The notes: generated from the letters alone by a model not told the origin. 64,000 nt of DNA from Chlorokybus atmophyticus (GCA_009103225.1 RHPI01000249.1:246348-310347), one strand, 5' to 3'. Positions 35,441 through 49,535 are shown, numbered from the stretch's first letter. Made by a program: numbers and translations.

Positions 35441-36305
35441 GTTTTTATAAAGGCTGAGTTGATAGCGGCAATAGGTTTCATCAAGCAATTATGAGGCGTA
35501 CCTCTAAGTCTGCAGCACACATTGCCCCGCGCGTATCCTGTACACTGCAAGGCTTGAGGCAGAAGCACACTGTGATTGCTTAACCCCCCCCCACCCCNAA
35601 AGTGGGCATCTGTCTGCGCATTTAGCAGACTCGCCGTGCCACGAAAGGACACAACAAGCCTGCGTCTGGAGAAACAGTCAAAAATTTGAGCGTAAGTTTG
35701 GACGTGAGTGTAGGTGTGGGTGTGGGTGTGGGTGTACGTGTCAGGGCGAGTGCGTTTTGCCTACTCTGATTTCACAATGACTGCATGTGTGTCGGTTGCC
35801 TTGTCTTCTGCTTCAGCGATGAGTGTGTAGGGTTCACTCTCGACAGAGTGTCCTTGCAGCAGTTGGCTGTGCATCACGGGACCGGAGCGGTATGCTAGCT
35901 TTGTGAAGTTGAAAGCGAGGACGCTAAAGACAACAATATACCCCCAGTTCAGGTATCAGGGTCCATGCCTACTGGGGCATGCAGCTCTATGCATGTAGGA
36001 ACAGCAGCTTTGGCTGTTGCGGAATTGAGCGGGAGTAGGGCACAATAAGCATGCCAGAGTTGTACGAGTGTACAACTGGTTGCAATGGTATTGACCAAGT
36101 ACATCAGCTCGCGAACTTCACAGAGTAGCTTACTCTGTGAAGTTCCTATGTTTGCACACGATGTGCAAACATAGGATCACACATTAGCTAAGAGAACCAC
36201 ATCATTGACTTGTCAACCTGGCAAATGACCTTCCCTACAGCAACAGGAAAGTCTCTCCTCTGATCTAGAACCATCCACTCACGCGCGATAAACCTTCCAT
36301 CACTG

Positions 36306-38264
36306 CTACCTCAACTGTATCCGTCGAAAAATGGCACGAAAAGTTTGCCCTTGGTTGCGAGCGACCTGATGTTATCGTCAAACATACAATCATCAGCAGC
36401 AAAACACTGTTCAGCGACTTGCTGCTGTCAGCAATATCAAATCATAAACGAGGCTGGAAGCACCGAGTGTGTCACTGTGAAGGCCTTTGATTGCCTACCT
36501 TCTGTCCCTCTTCAGTGCCATCAGTTAACAACTGCGCCGCGCGATCATTTTCTATCTCTTCATCCGAGACTCGCTCAAATAGCGGGTGCGCTTCGAGCCT
36601 CTCCCTCATCCATACACCCAACTCCTCCACATCAGTGATGGTGTAAAGCCAACCTGTACCCAAATAGAGGGGATGGAGCTGGTGAGCAAACAATCAATAA
36701 ACACATGAGCACAACACAACAGCAATTGTACCTCCCGGGGCGAGGAAATACGCATATTCGGCGAGGAGTTCTCGTGAGATAATGCGTCTGCGATGATTGT
36801 GCGTTTTGAAGTGTGGGTCGGGGAAGAGAAAGAACATCTTTGTGAGCTGGCCTTTACGGAAGTAGTTGGGAAGGTACTTCATGGCATTGGTGCGGATCAC
36901 GCTGACGTTGGTGTACCCTTTGCTGTTGATGTTGGCCGCCCGCAATGCCGTTATCCGCTCACGCACGTACTCGCACACTTTGTCCCTCAGCTCCATCCCC
37001 ACCATAAGAGTGTCAGGATATATAGGCGATAGCCTGACTGCGCAGAACAATATGGTTGACACGAGAGCGAGGCGAGCAGAATGTGGCCATGTTGTGGTCA
37101 TACAGCTGACTGCAGGTGTACTAAGTTTGGTGCATCATGACAACATAATGCCATTGAGCTGGAACAAACCAACAACCACTACCCCACATGCAGATGACAG
37201 CTAATCTAGTGCAATATACTTCACACCAACCAAAACACACCTCCACTGCTGCACACATGCGCATGCTAGTACAATGCATATCTGTTGAAAAATAACCACA
37301 CTCCTTTGCTCTTACCAAGCAGCCCACCAAACCCGCAGCCGACATCAGCAAATCGCACGAGCGGTCCGCCGATATCCGCACCATCGCCGTCTCGGTCGCT
37401 CCCGCACGGCGTCGCCTGACTGATATCGCCATCATTGCCGCCGTCATCGCTCTCGACCTTTGCTCGCTTGGGGATGAATGCTGGGTAATGCTTAGACCAA
37501 TCGCATGCTGCTGGTGTCAACGGCCTGCACAGGTCCGTTGAGTGTTGTGGTGGTGGTGGAAGTAATTGTAACAACAACAACAACAACAACAGCAGCAGCA
37601 GCAGCAGCAGAACCAATGGCAGCACCCAGCGGCAACAAGAGTTTGTTCTTCCTGCAATGCGCAAGTGCATGCTAGCTGATAGCTGGCGGGGTGCATGTGT
37701 TAGTTTGGCTCTACGTACACAAGCACAATCCTCTCTTGTATGCCGGCACAAATCCGGGTGCAACACTCACAGGTAGGGCACAGTGCAGCAGATTATATGA
37801 TATCAGCCTCTCAGCTGCTTCGCTGCTAAGCATAGGAGAATGCTGCACACCGCCGCCAAGCGCATGCGCTGCAATGATTTATAATTCACAAAAAAAAATT
37901 GCAATGCGCAAAAGCAAAGAGTTCACAACAAGCACGCACAAGCAACATCCATGCAGACAGCACCGCACAGTATGCATGTGCCTGTTGTAAGGCTACGCTT
38001 GCTGGAGTCTGATAATACACAATCACAACGACCGCGTGAGCAAGGACTTGTGTTGATATGTTCCAACCCTACACAACCCAGAGTTCAGCAAGGGGAGCAG
38101 AGACGACCAAAGCAAAGCACTTACACGGAAAACTGCGCGTCTGAGAGGGGGTTTGAGTGCGCCCTGGCCCTGTACAACCGCTTCTTGGGCAGGCCTCCTC
38201 CTCCTCCTCCTCCCCCTCCCCCTCCTGTTCGTTGCCCGCCGCCGCCGCCGCCTCCGCCGCCCAT
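36306..38264 (-). CDS. TRM8: tRNA (guanine-N7)-methyltransferase catalytic subunit, 5 exons
   Basis: Exons 38125-38264, 37316-37524, 36732-37037, 36499-36653 and 36306-36365. Motifs: [69 protein letters not shown] and TEEGQKVARN. Confidence 0.95.
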
Positions 38265-38529
38265 GCTCACTGTCGCCAGACAAACTTCGGCCCTCAACAT
38301 AAGCATAACTATTGGAAGGCATCGTTCATAAGGCCCATGAGGGTTTGGATTGCACATACGTCGGTCCGGTTCATTGCCGATGAATCATCGGGTTGTTTGT
38401 CATGTCAGTTAGACACAAGGCATTTTTATACTCCAGGCATTGCGGACTTGGGCTCAGGCGGTGGCGGTGGTGGCGGCGCCATCGTGGTGTTCGTTGTCGT
38501 TATTGTCATCGTCCGGGACCAGTCCTGTC
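38265..38529. promoter_or_regulatory. Probable bidirectional promoter for TRM8 and RPE
   Basis: The two start codons diverge 265 bp apart. Confidence 0.55.
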
Positions 38530-40591
38530 ATGGCACCCAAGAGCGTGATCGCGCCTTCGGTGCTGGCGTCGGACTTCGCCAACCTTGCTAGCGAAGCCAA
38601 GCGCATGGAAGAGTGTGAGAGTGTTGTTGGCTTGCTGCGAGTTTAGTGGATCTTATTGATAAAGATTCAGCGTTTGTTTGAACAACTCAGTGTTTGCATT
38701 GACTGGCTGACTAAGTGATTGACTGAGAATTGGTTGTGTAATCGCTGATTCGACTGACGGATCCATGCGTTGAATGCGTTGTTGAAATAGCTTACTGTTG
38801 AAGGTGTTGTGTGTAGCGTTGTTTGTTGGAATTGCTACAGTAGTAGTACAAGTAGTTACTGTTGGTTGTGTTGTGTCATGCAGGTGGAGCGGACTGGCTT
38901 CACATGGACGTTATGGACGGGTTCGTGGCTGATTGTGGTGATGGTTGTTATGCAGTTGTTATCTTGCTGATCTTATTGACGTCATTCATAGTTGGTTGAT
39001 GAGTGGAATGGGTATATATGCGTGTGCACATGCATACATACCCATTCCATACCCAGAGCTTGTGTGCACGCCTGTATGCGTATATCCATGCACAGGTGCG
39101 TGTGCGTGTGCACGCACACGCACACGTGTTTGTGCCAGGGCGCACGTGTGCAACCATGTGCGTATGGGTCGCATGATTTGTGCTGGTGTGTGAGAAAGGA
39201 GTGTTACACACAGGAGCATTTGCTACATGACCAAAATACAGTACATCAACTCACATGCGATAATGCGCTGAGTTGCCCCTCCTTGATTTCTTGCAGGCAT
39301 TTTGTCCCAAACCTCACGTTTGGCCCGCCGATAGTCGCAAGCTTACGAAAGCACACAAGGTAAACACAAACATGCCCACACTGCAGCATATGCTACGTAT
39401 GGTACGCATCGCTTACCAAAGTTGCGTATCTTAAGTTGGTGTGCGTGTATGCTCACTTCACATGCTTGTTTGTGCATATTGTTGTGCAGAGATTTCATTG
39501 GGACAGTAGTACATGCACGCACGCACGCACGTACACGCGTTCACACATCTGCACCCATGCATGCGCACTTACGAGCACGCGCAAGCACCTACATGATCAC
39601 ATATACGCACATACGCGTGCGCATACATGCACGTGAGCGCAGAGACAGAGACAGTGACAGCCACACTCTTTCCGTGCAGTATGTACATGGATTGCCACTT
39701 GATGGCGACGAATCCCTTCGACTACGTGAAGCCGTTGGCGGAGGCGGGCGCTTCGGGCGTCACCTTTCACGTCGAGTCCACCGACGACCCGCACGGCCTC
39801 ATAAAGGCCATAAAGGACGCGGGCATGCGTGCGGGCATCGCGCTACGGCCCAGCATGCCTGCAGAGGAAGCTTTCCCATACGTGAGTTGTGCTGTGGTTA
39901 TGGAGGAGTTGTGTAGTATGTTGGGTTGATGTGTGACTGGGGTTTGTGTCATGCAGGTTGAGGCGGAGACCCCGGTTGATATGGTGCTTGTTATGACGGT
40001 GGAGCCGGGGTTTGGTGGGCAGAAGTTCATGCCTGAAATGATGCCCAAAGTAAGTTGCGTTGCTTGTGCAGTCCGGCTTGCGTGTGCATGCGTGTGCCTG
40101 TGCGTGCGCGCGCGCGCTTGTGTCTGAGTATGTGTCATTGCCCACTATCACTTCTTCTTGTGCAGGTATCAACCTTGCGAAGTAGATTCCCCCACTTGGA
40201 CATCGAGGTGCGCAGCTTTCTCTGTTACCCAGTGGGTCAGCTTCTCATAGCGCTCTCAACACACTCATAACGTCTGTCTCAACAACATTTCAGTCATGTT
40301 TGTGCATAAGCACATTTAGGAGCAGACATTGAGAGATATGCTCCTATGAAGAATTCAGGACACAACCACCGCGTCTAACAAGCACGTCACGCATGTCGTC
40401 CCAATGTAAATATATGTTGTGTGTTGAAGGTTGATGGTGGGCTTGGGCCTTCCACGGTGGATCAAGCAGCGCAGGCGGGTGCCAATGTCATCGTGGCGGG
40501 CACGGCGGTGTTTCACGCGAAAGACCCAAAGGAGACCATTGCTGGTCTCAGGTGCAGCGTAGATGGCGCTATGCAGCTGGTGGCTGCTTGA
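38530..40591 (+). CDS. RPE: Ribulose-phosphate 3-epimerase, cytosolic type, 7 exons
   Basis: Exons 38530-38614, 38884-38920, 39297-39359, 39680-39881, 39957-40049, 40166-40207 and 40430-40591. Motifs: [57 protein letters not shown] and [12 protein letters not shown]. Confidence 0.96.
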
Positions 40592-41718
40592 TGCAAGGCT
40601 GACTCTTTGACTTGTGTATACATGTATACTTAGTAATGGAGTAGCTTGCACCCCTCTTGAGTGACATCCAAGAGCGTAAACCTTGGATAGGTGACGGTTA
40701 TCGGTGCGTAAGAGTAGTTGGAACGCACTTCAAGGGATGTGTGCACTCCATCAAGTGCACTGTTGTGGGGATGGACCATCGCTTGGTGTAACTCAGAGCG
40801 TTGTTCAGACAGTGGACAGCTTGCAGCTTGAAGTACTCAACAACACATTGTATATCTATGCCGTTTTGCAGAAAACGCTCTAGCAAACTCAAGCACTCTT
40901 ATGAGGGCACTTGCCAAAGTCTTGAACACTGTCAATTTCATGCATTCCAAGGATAATGGTTCCGACTAGATGAATCCGTTGAACATCCATAAGTTGGTAG
41001 GGTTCACATGGTTTCGTAACACTTCGCGTCGGTCCATTCCGCAAGAACTACCCTTTTTCAGTTTTAGTTCAAACATGGAAACGCGGGTGTTTGAACAGCA
41101 GCGGGGTAAGTGGCAGCAGCCAAGCTCGGAGTCAGTCGCTCTTGCAGCGGAGGCGGCGGCGGCGGTGAGAGCGTTGTCTGCTCTGTCCGCCGGCAAGAGT
41201 TCAAGGGTTTAGGGTAGGGCAGCCTCCAAGCTACTATGCTTGCTTGCCAGTCGCCGCAATGTCGCCTCCAGCTACCAGGTGCTTCTGCTGCAACTAAGCG
41301 CACAGGCCTCAAGCAAGAAAGATTGCCACCATGATTGTCCTGTGTGCTCGTTGTCTTAGCGATGTCGCTCTGCTTGTCATCGACATGCAACCGTGCGCTC
41401 TGACATGATGCTTATAACGGTTGACTTGTTGAGTATTGCATTGCCATTGCAGGCAATCTGAGTTGCAGTTGGGTAGACCCTGTTCAGCTCATCAACAAGT
41501 GAGCACTTGACATGATAAGCATTGTTAACATAGCCCTTTTCACAGCAAGCTGCATGAGCATAACTACCAAATGCTTCTCTCTCGTTTTGCAGCAAATACG
41601 CCATCAGCTATTGTATGTTGTTTGACAGGTAGCACTCGTGTGACTTTAACTCGTGTCAAATGTCATCTGTAAGCACTGTTAGCAAAGCCTGTGCTCACAT
41701 CAAGCTGCATAGGGATAA

Positions 41719-41752
<34 letters not shown>

Positions 41753-41915
41753 GTGTGGCATGTTGTTCACCTTGAGAAGGACATGGCTTATATGCTTAGA
41801 TCTTCTTTCCTTCTCCAACTTAGCGCTCTGTTGCTTTCTCTCTTAATCGCTGTGTATATCTTGTCATGCAGGACCACCTGATGGCGCCTCTTGTGCCAGA
41901 GGTGCCGGTAAGTGG

Positions 41916-43221
41916 TACTCAACCCTACATGATCCACTGCTTGCATGCCCTACGTCTTTTGTGAAGGCGTCCATGCAACTCCATGCTATAGAACATGGCA
42001 ACGGTTTCAAGTTGCGCGCTGGTAAATTATTCAAGGGCGAGCAAGGTGTCACAGCCCACTCGACCACCAAAAATTGGTGCTTTTATGGTCGATTTGTGGT
42101 AATTTAATGCACCTTCCCGTTTAATGTACCTTCCCGTACATCCCCCCCCACTTAAGAACGCTGACGTCCTCGGCAGCTGGCGCCCATCTGCTGGGGAACC
42201 TTCCCCAGGGGTATGATTTAGGGTCGGTCACCGGCCCCACCACCCAAGGACCGGCCAATTAAGGCCCATACCGGTCAACGCGCGCATAGCGCACCGCTGC
42301 CGGCCCCACAGGTCGCATCGCGACAGGCAGGTCACGTCCTGCCGCGCCGACTGAACTGGTCAGTCCGACGCGACTGCTATTAGGCAAGTCGCGACCTATC
42401 GATGATGGCACTTATAAAGTGACCATTTACGATGTTATTGGATCGAGAAACAACGACCGCGGAATTCGTGTGCAAGGCAGGAATCGACCCCGGGTTTCAA
42501 GCTCCGATGACCAATGTCACAGCCCACTCGACCACAAAAGACTTAGGGCTTTTATGGTCGATTTGTGATAATATAATGTACCCGTTCCCGTTACACAAGG
42601 TCTCAGGAAAAACTCCTGTCGCAAAGCTGCGCCCTTGACAAGCTGCACCTGCTGTCGACTTCTCACTCGCATCACCAACAAGATGAAGGCACCGGAGGAT
42701 TGAATTGATGAGAAGTCAAGCGACAAGGTGTCAGGGCTGAACATGGCCATGAAGCATCAGCGTGCAAAAGATGGCAATCTTGCAACTCTTGCGGACACGC
42801 CCTTGCGTCCACTATGTCTTAAGAAGCCAACCCTTCTCACAATTAAGAGTTTGTGAGAAGCCAACTCTTCTCACAAACTAGTGAATGCAAGGGCATGTTC
42901 CGAAGAGTTGCAAGATTGCCATCTTTTGCACTCTGATTCTTCATGGCCATGTTCAGCCCTGACACCTTGTCGCTTGACCTCTAATTGGGTTAATCCTCCG
43001 TTGCCTTCATCTTGTTGGTGATGCGAGTGAGAAGCCAAGCAGGTGCAGCTTGTCAAGGGCGCAGCCCTATGACAGGAGTTTTTCTTGAGACCTTGCTCGC
43101 CCTTGAATAATTTACTAGCGCGCAACATGAAACCGTCGCCATGTTCTATAGCATGGAGTTGCAAGGACGCCTTCACAAGAGACGTGAGGCATTCAAGCAG
43201 TGCATCATGTAAAGTTGAGTA
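41916..43221. repeat. Fold-back element with ~345-bp inverted arms; the left arm is interrupted by a TRIM
   Basis: 41916-42046 plus 42601-42814 is the diverged reverse complement of 42879-43221. The 64-bp centre holds two agaagccaacYcttctcacaa units. Confidence 0.85.
42047..42595 (-). mobile_element. Complete TRIM (terminal-repeat retrotransposon in miniature), 549 bp
   Basis: LTRs at 42047-42140 and 42515-42595 (TG..CA); PBS reverse complement at 42501-42513; PPT reverse complement from 42141; CAAGG duplication at 42042-42046 and 42596-42600. The empty site is visible in the opposite palindrome arm. Confidence 0.93.
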
Positions 43222-43956
43222 ATGCTCTGTGTGTGTGCACTTGCATACGCATGCTTGCTGACCGCTTCTCTTGTCTATTGTCGTCATGACTCCTGCTAGT
43301 TTGTGTGTACAATGATTCAGCAGCGCTAGCCACTTGGTTGCGCAGCTGCAGATTGTGCCAGTTTTTGATGTAATTGTAGCAGAATTGTTACTTGCTCGTC
43401 TATGTGCCTGTAAAGCGCGCATGTGCGCAAGCTCGAGCCTGCGTGCGGGATTACACGGAGCCTGCGTCAGCTTGTATGACTGTACGGGTTAGCTTGTATG
43501 ACTGTACGGGCGCCTCTGTGCATGTGGGAGTTGCTTATTCCATGGGACTTGAAAGAGACAACATCGTAGCTCCTGAGATATTTGTTGGTGGATCTTTTGT
43601 AGGTAGATGTTGAAATGGGTGCATAGCTAGTCCGCAGCCCAACTGTACAGTGTGCCAGAGTTGGTATTTGCAAATCATTTGCGCATGACACGCTCGTACG
43701 CACACACACACGGTTCTGCAAGCTTGTAAGCTCTCTGACTCGATGAGTTCTAAGGTATCGACTGATAATCACCCACACATAGGCACGTGTGCGCATGCAT
43801 GCACGCCTTGCGACCCACCCATCCCACACCTACACTTGCAATTGCAATGACAGCAAAAGCGCGCATCTTGGAGCCAAGCTTGATAGACTGAACAGACTCG
43901 ATCAAGTCAACACAAGCTAGCGGCAGTCAACTACCTCCGCGACACCAGCAGCGCGC

Positions 43957-46900
43957 TCACGTGCAGTGAGTTCCACGTGCAGCGTGCGTTGGACTTGTGA
44001 TATTGGTTGACTCGCGGCTTTCAGTGGCGGCCTCGGTGTCCGGTGTCCAGAATTTCAGGAAAGGTGTTGCCGATGACGAAGCGCCTCCTTTCTTCACGTG
44101 GGCTTTGCTGTACCATCGCTCCAGCGCTTGCCGATACCTGCAACAGAAGTTGTCCACATGCGATGTATGTGCAATACCGCGCACAGCATATTCTCTGCAT
44201 TTTTACATGCTGGCGCACGCGCATGCGCGTGTCTGTGTCTGTATATATGTGCGTGAGCGCTTGTGCATGCATGAGTGTAGGGCCCTTGAGTAACGAGCGA
44301 TTGTCACATCTTCACTGCTTGACCTGATGAGTAAGTGGCATTTTGTTGATGAGCTCGCAAATGTGTGAAGGATGGCGAGGTCGGTCCATGGCGGGTCCAG
44401 CAGGAGGTCGCTGTTGTCCGAGTTAAGCAGCACCACCTTACCCGCGTGAGCAAACCCAAGTATCATCATCGGCACCTTTGTCACCTGACGAGGGGAAGTC
44501 TGACAACTCATGTTGGTTTGTGCTTGTTGTGCTGTCTTTGGTACTCACCGTGTCACGCACGTGCACCATGCGAAAAACGTTGGGCACGAGCGTGTTGATC
44601 CGGTTCGCCAAAGCCTCGTTGCCCACTCTGGGTGCTCCAAAGGTGTACACGGTCAGCTCCTCTGAAGCACCGCAGCAATGGTAAGTTGGGTTGTTGATTG
44701 TTGTAAGCTTTTCAGGTGGTCTATCCGTTCACGATCTATTGCACTGACACGTCAGGACTTTGCCACTCCTGTCAGGTACCTGCGAGGACGCCGGCATGTG
44801 TGCGCAGGTGATAGGAGCAGAGCATGGCCAGAGCGCCGCCAAGGCTGCGTGCAGGAAGCCAGTGGGCCACATGGATGGCAATGTTCAACAACAATAACAA
44901 CAACAACAATTACCTGTGGCCGGTCACAAGCACGGGCAGCCCTGTGATGCGTCGCTCGTTTTCAACCACACTCAATATCTGAAGAGAGAGAGTTCAAGCA
45001 CGCCATGCTCTCTAGCCTACTGACAGCACTCCATGAGAGTGTGTAACAGTTCCCAGTACCTGCGCGGCAATGCTTTGATAGGCGGCGCAGAATCCCGCGT
45101 GCACTTTCATGCCTTCCTGCAGCGTCACCCTCCTGCCCCAAGTCTCCAACACCTGCGCACATGTTGTGCTGTCAGACATAGTGTCAATGAGTTATCGTCG
45201 CAAGACACTACCAGATATGGTCTTGTGACTTGTTTTTGCTAAGCTAGGACCAAACCAAAACTGAAGGAAGGGGTTGTCGGTTTGCGTTTGTGATGCTGTT
45301 TGTACAAAGCTCAATGCCTTGTACTCTTGTACTGTACCCGTCAATTAAAGGTCAGCTTTGCTGCATGACGACTCGAAGTGGTGACTCCATAAGGATCAGT
45401 TACACAATAGTATCGCTGCGCTAACGTGCTCTGGGTCATGCTGTACATGAAGACACACGGGCGCACACACCCACCTCTGCTGTGCCAGCTATAGTGTTGC
45501 TAATCTGCTCTGCTGTCTGTCCAACAGCACTCTGCACCGCATTGCCATCGCCGGGTGTTGCATCGCCACGGTCATCATTGTCACGCATGTCTACAGCCAC
45601 TTGACCGCCGTTCACACCCTGCGGCCGCTCCGTCGGAAAGTTTACCAGCGCAAAGTGGGCATCTGTCTGCGCATTTAGCAGACTCGCCGTGCCACGAAAG
45701 GACACAACAAGCCTGCGTCTGGAGAAACAGTCAAAAATTTGAGCGTAAGTTTGGACGTGAGTGTAGGTGTGGGTGTGGGTGTGGGTGTACGTGTCAGGGC
45801 GAGTGCGTTTTGCCTACTCTGATTTCACAATGACTGCATGTGTGTCGGTTGCCTTGTCTTCTGCTTCAGCGATGAGTGTGTAGGGTTCACTCTCGACAGA
45901 GTGTCCTTGCAGCAGTTGGCTGTGCATCACGGGACCGGAGCGGTATGCTAGCTTTGTGAAGTTGAAAGCGAGGACGCTAAAGACAACAATATAATCAGCA
46001 ACATGCCAATGTAAGATGATGCACACATGCGCATGCACGTGCATTTCTGCGTAATCGTGCCTGCTTGTGGATTCTGTGTCACGCGTGCGAGCACGTCTAG
46101 TGAACAGCGCATATTGTGACATACCAGGTCTCAAGGCAGAACTGCAGGTTCTTTGGAGGCCAAGTCTCTTGCAGGGAGTAAGACACCATCTGCGTGTGCT
46201 CTAGATCGTATGCCCAGTCGAAATCTGGGTTGCACCTGCCAACGCTTGCAAGTTGACACAGCGTGTCGTACGTACTTACTGTATATGGTTTCCTTGCTTG
46301 CCAATGCATACATAGACCCGATGCATACCTGAACCATCCGCATACGGGCCGTCCGTGGGCATCGGCAGGCAGGTGTATCAACACCTGATAGCCGGAGTGC
46401 ATGGTGTGGATGCTATTGTTCTCAACACCGTGCGCAAGACGTGTGCATTACACCCGTGGCGTGTGCATGTGTGCGTGTGCAGCTGCATGTCCGTACACAT
46501 GTTCGTGTGTATGTGTACATGTGTGTCCGGCATGCACCTGGACGAACAGCCAGGCGACGGTGAGGAACGACAGCCCGAGCAGGAGATACGGCGGCCCTTC
46601 AAAGTAGCCGAAGCGCGGCGGGTGCGTCCCGGGAACCAGAAACGTGTCCAGCGGCACTGCCAACAACGCAACCACCGCCAGCAACACTATCGCCGCCCAC
46701 AAGCCCCCCGTCATTATCTGTCATTAGTGATTGTGTTGGATGAGAGCGTGTGCGCGAGTATTTAAAGAATGCAATGCGATATTGTGCGTGTGCATGTGCG
46801 CGTGTGCGTGTGAGAGAAGGGTCATGGCTTACTGCAAAGAGGCTGTAAGAGAGGACTTTGACGCGGTTGTAGGGCACGTTGCGGAGGCGTCGTCGGGTTT

Positions 46901-48905
46901 TGATGGAGTTCCACAGCACCAAAGAGAGAGCAGCGCAGTCAAGGGCGAGCATGACGAATGACACAACCACCTTGCTGATGACGCCCTTGTCGCCAATATT
47001 GTGCGCCAGCACCCGTATTGCCGGCACTATGTACCTGTACACAGAGCGCGTGAGTGTGCGTGCGTTTGCAGTGCACGCATGCGCGTGTGTGTGTGCACGC
47101 GCGCACGCATGCACTTGCTGCTATAAGATGAGCATCACCAAGTACTAGCATAGTACGTGGTGATGCTGACCTAATAGCAACTTATATGATTGTTTATTGT
47201 TGTTGTTGGCGTACACGATAGGGATGCCACCGGTGTCCACGTCTGCTGCCGCCCCGAGCGCCACCCGCACGATGTAGTAAACAATCCCGAAGAGCAGCAT
47301 TGGTAAGAGGAAGGGGCACATGCGGACAGGGGGCGCGGGCGGCAAGCTCCTCTGCAGGGAAGACTGAACCAACCTGATGGTTGGAAACAGGATTGTGAGT
47401 CGCGTTGGTTGATGGTTAACTGGTTGTGTAACCTGTTTGCGAGCACGCAGGCGCTGACTGCTGAGCTATAGGGCCATTTGTTGCATGTGTGTGTGTGTAC
47501 GTGCACCCCTTCGTGGGTGTGCACATGTGTACAACACTTCTGCTGCTGTTTGTGTACCCTTGGCGTGACCGACTGGCAAACAAGATTGGGGCACACCAAC
47601 ATGCCGTTCATACACTGCCTGCCTATTCATCTTACCAGTACACGTAGAAGAGTGCCAGAGGCAGGGGCTTGGCCACCTCACCTACACGGGATTCAGTCGG
47701 AGATTGGCCTTGAAACCCTTTTGTGACAGCCAGCGCAATCACCACTGCCAGTAAGCTGACAAACATTGCCAGCAGCAGCGCCAATACTACCACCTGCAGG
47801 GAGACGGGACGCGTGTGTTGAGTAGGCAAGGGTAACACAGGCACATGTGTGTGCACACACGCGTGTACTCACTACATGAGGCTCGCGCGCATGCGCACGC
47901 ACTCGTGTGCTCAATTACACACTCACAGACACGCTCACATTCTCACTCGCTCTTCATTTCTCACTGTCGCACACTTACTGACGCACACTCACGCTGCCCC
48001 CCTGCACACGCGCGTGCACTCATGCGTGGCACGCGCCCACGGCCACGCACTCAATGAGTGTGGCACACAGACACATGCGTGCAGCATGCAGGTGGTTGGG
48101 GCAAGCACTCTCACACCTGCTCGACTGTGCGCTCGCTTTTGGGCAGCCGGAAAATGCGCAGAGTCGCAGTAACAAGCACTAGGAATATAAACGCGTCATG
48201 CGCCAGCGTAATGGCAACCTGTGTAGGGTTTAGGGTTTTATTATGTCTGTGTCCATGTCAATCAAGGTTGTCAACTGTAATGGTGAAAGCCAGCGCACGA
48301 CTTACCGTTGTTATGACGGCGGACTGTGGCAAGCTGTCGTTTCGCATTCTCCATGCGTTGTGGCTCATGATGATGGCAAAGACCTCATACCCAGTGGCCA
48401 GCAATATGCACAGCAGGACCACCAGGCGGATTGTATTCACCTCAGCCTGTATGTAAGCAGAGTAGTGTGATGTGTGTGTACAGCCCTGTATGTGCGTTTG
48501 TGTTGACAGAACAAAGCCAACCCAACGCAACACATCTACCAGATTACACAAATGAGGCAGACCCTACTACGCCATATGTGTGTGTGAAGTTTCTTGTTGC
48601 CAGAGCAATTGTGGCACACATCATGTAAGAATGCAGTATGTATTTTGAAGTATGCTTTCTTACACTTGACAGCACTTCCAGCAGCAGCTTTGGCCTGGTG
48701 GGCGTCTGAGCGCTCACACAGGAGTCGGAAGAGGCCTCCGCAGAGTACAAGTCACCTGTCAAGGAGCAGATTGTGTACGTTGCTAACGCATAGCTAAATT
48801 AGCCCACATTTGCTGAAGACTTTGCCCTAATTCTCGCCCCTCACCCTTGCCCTCGTCCTTGTCCTGCTGCTGGTCGCCCTGGTTGTCCCCGCCAGTGTCC
48901 TCCAT
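43957..48905 (-). CDS. Multi-pass membrane protein with a C-terminal class-3 lipase domain (DAG-lipase-like architecture), many exons
   Basis: Spliced VHAGF, VTGH|SLGGALA, VYTFGAPRVGN, VHVRDT|VTKVP and CHLL give the Ser-Asp-His triad. Several hydrophobic exons lie at 46400-48500. The start MEDTGG at 48905 and the 3' end are approximate. Confidence 0.85.
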
Positions 48906-49126
48906 GCTCTCCTACTCGTGCTGCTCAGGAGGGAGGCTCGGGGGGCAGCGCACGTGTGTATATATGCGTGCACCTTGACCCTGCCGCCGCTGCCGCCACC
49001 GCTGCAGGAGCATGCAGCATGTTGACATCAGCTGTGACAGCAGCTGTCATGCCTAGCGTGCATGCATCCATGCGTGCTGGGCTCTGCTTTGTTCCCTTTG
49101 CGACAAGGGCCTGTGGCCTGCATTCA

Positions 49127-49535
49127 CATTATACCACCGCAACGTCAGTGACGTTAGCTGTAGTAAATGACTACTAGTCATAGACATCCTAGGCTGGGCA
49201 AACCAATGGACTAGAGTGAAGACTCCATTGGAGAGTCGCCACATCAAGTATTTGATAACGATGATGCTAGCACATTAAGATTAATTTGATTTACTGTGTA
49301 TTGTTAATTTTAACCAGCCGTGCATGCACATTATACCACTGCATTACCCGCAACGTCAGTGACTTTAACTGTAGTCAATAACTACTAGTTATAGCCTTTT
49401 TAGCTGGGCAAACCACTGGACGAGAGTAAAGACTCCACCAGAGAGGCGCAACAAGTGTTTAATAACGATGATGCTAGTACATCAAGATTGATTTGGTTTG
49501 CTGTTTATTGTATATATTAATCAACCATGCATGCA
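49127..49535. repeat. Diverged tandem duplication (~205-bp unit, two copies)
   Basis: cattataccac..gcaacgtcagtgac..gggcaaacca..gatgatgctag..gcatgca is present twice. Confidence 0.85.

Noticed and set aside
35599-35940. Apparently exact 342-bp copy of lipase gene sequence 45652-45993
   Set aside because: It begins at an N after a C-run and shows no divergence, so a mis-assembly is more likely than gene-fragment capture. Long reads would decide.
40966-41604. Possible small minus-strand gene downstream of RPE
   Set aside because: No recognisable motif or consistent splice model was found.
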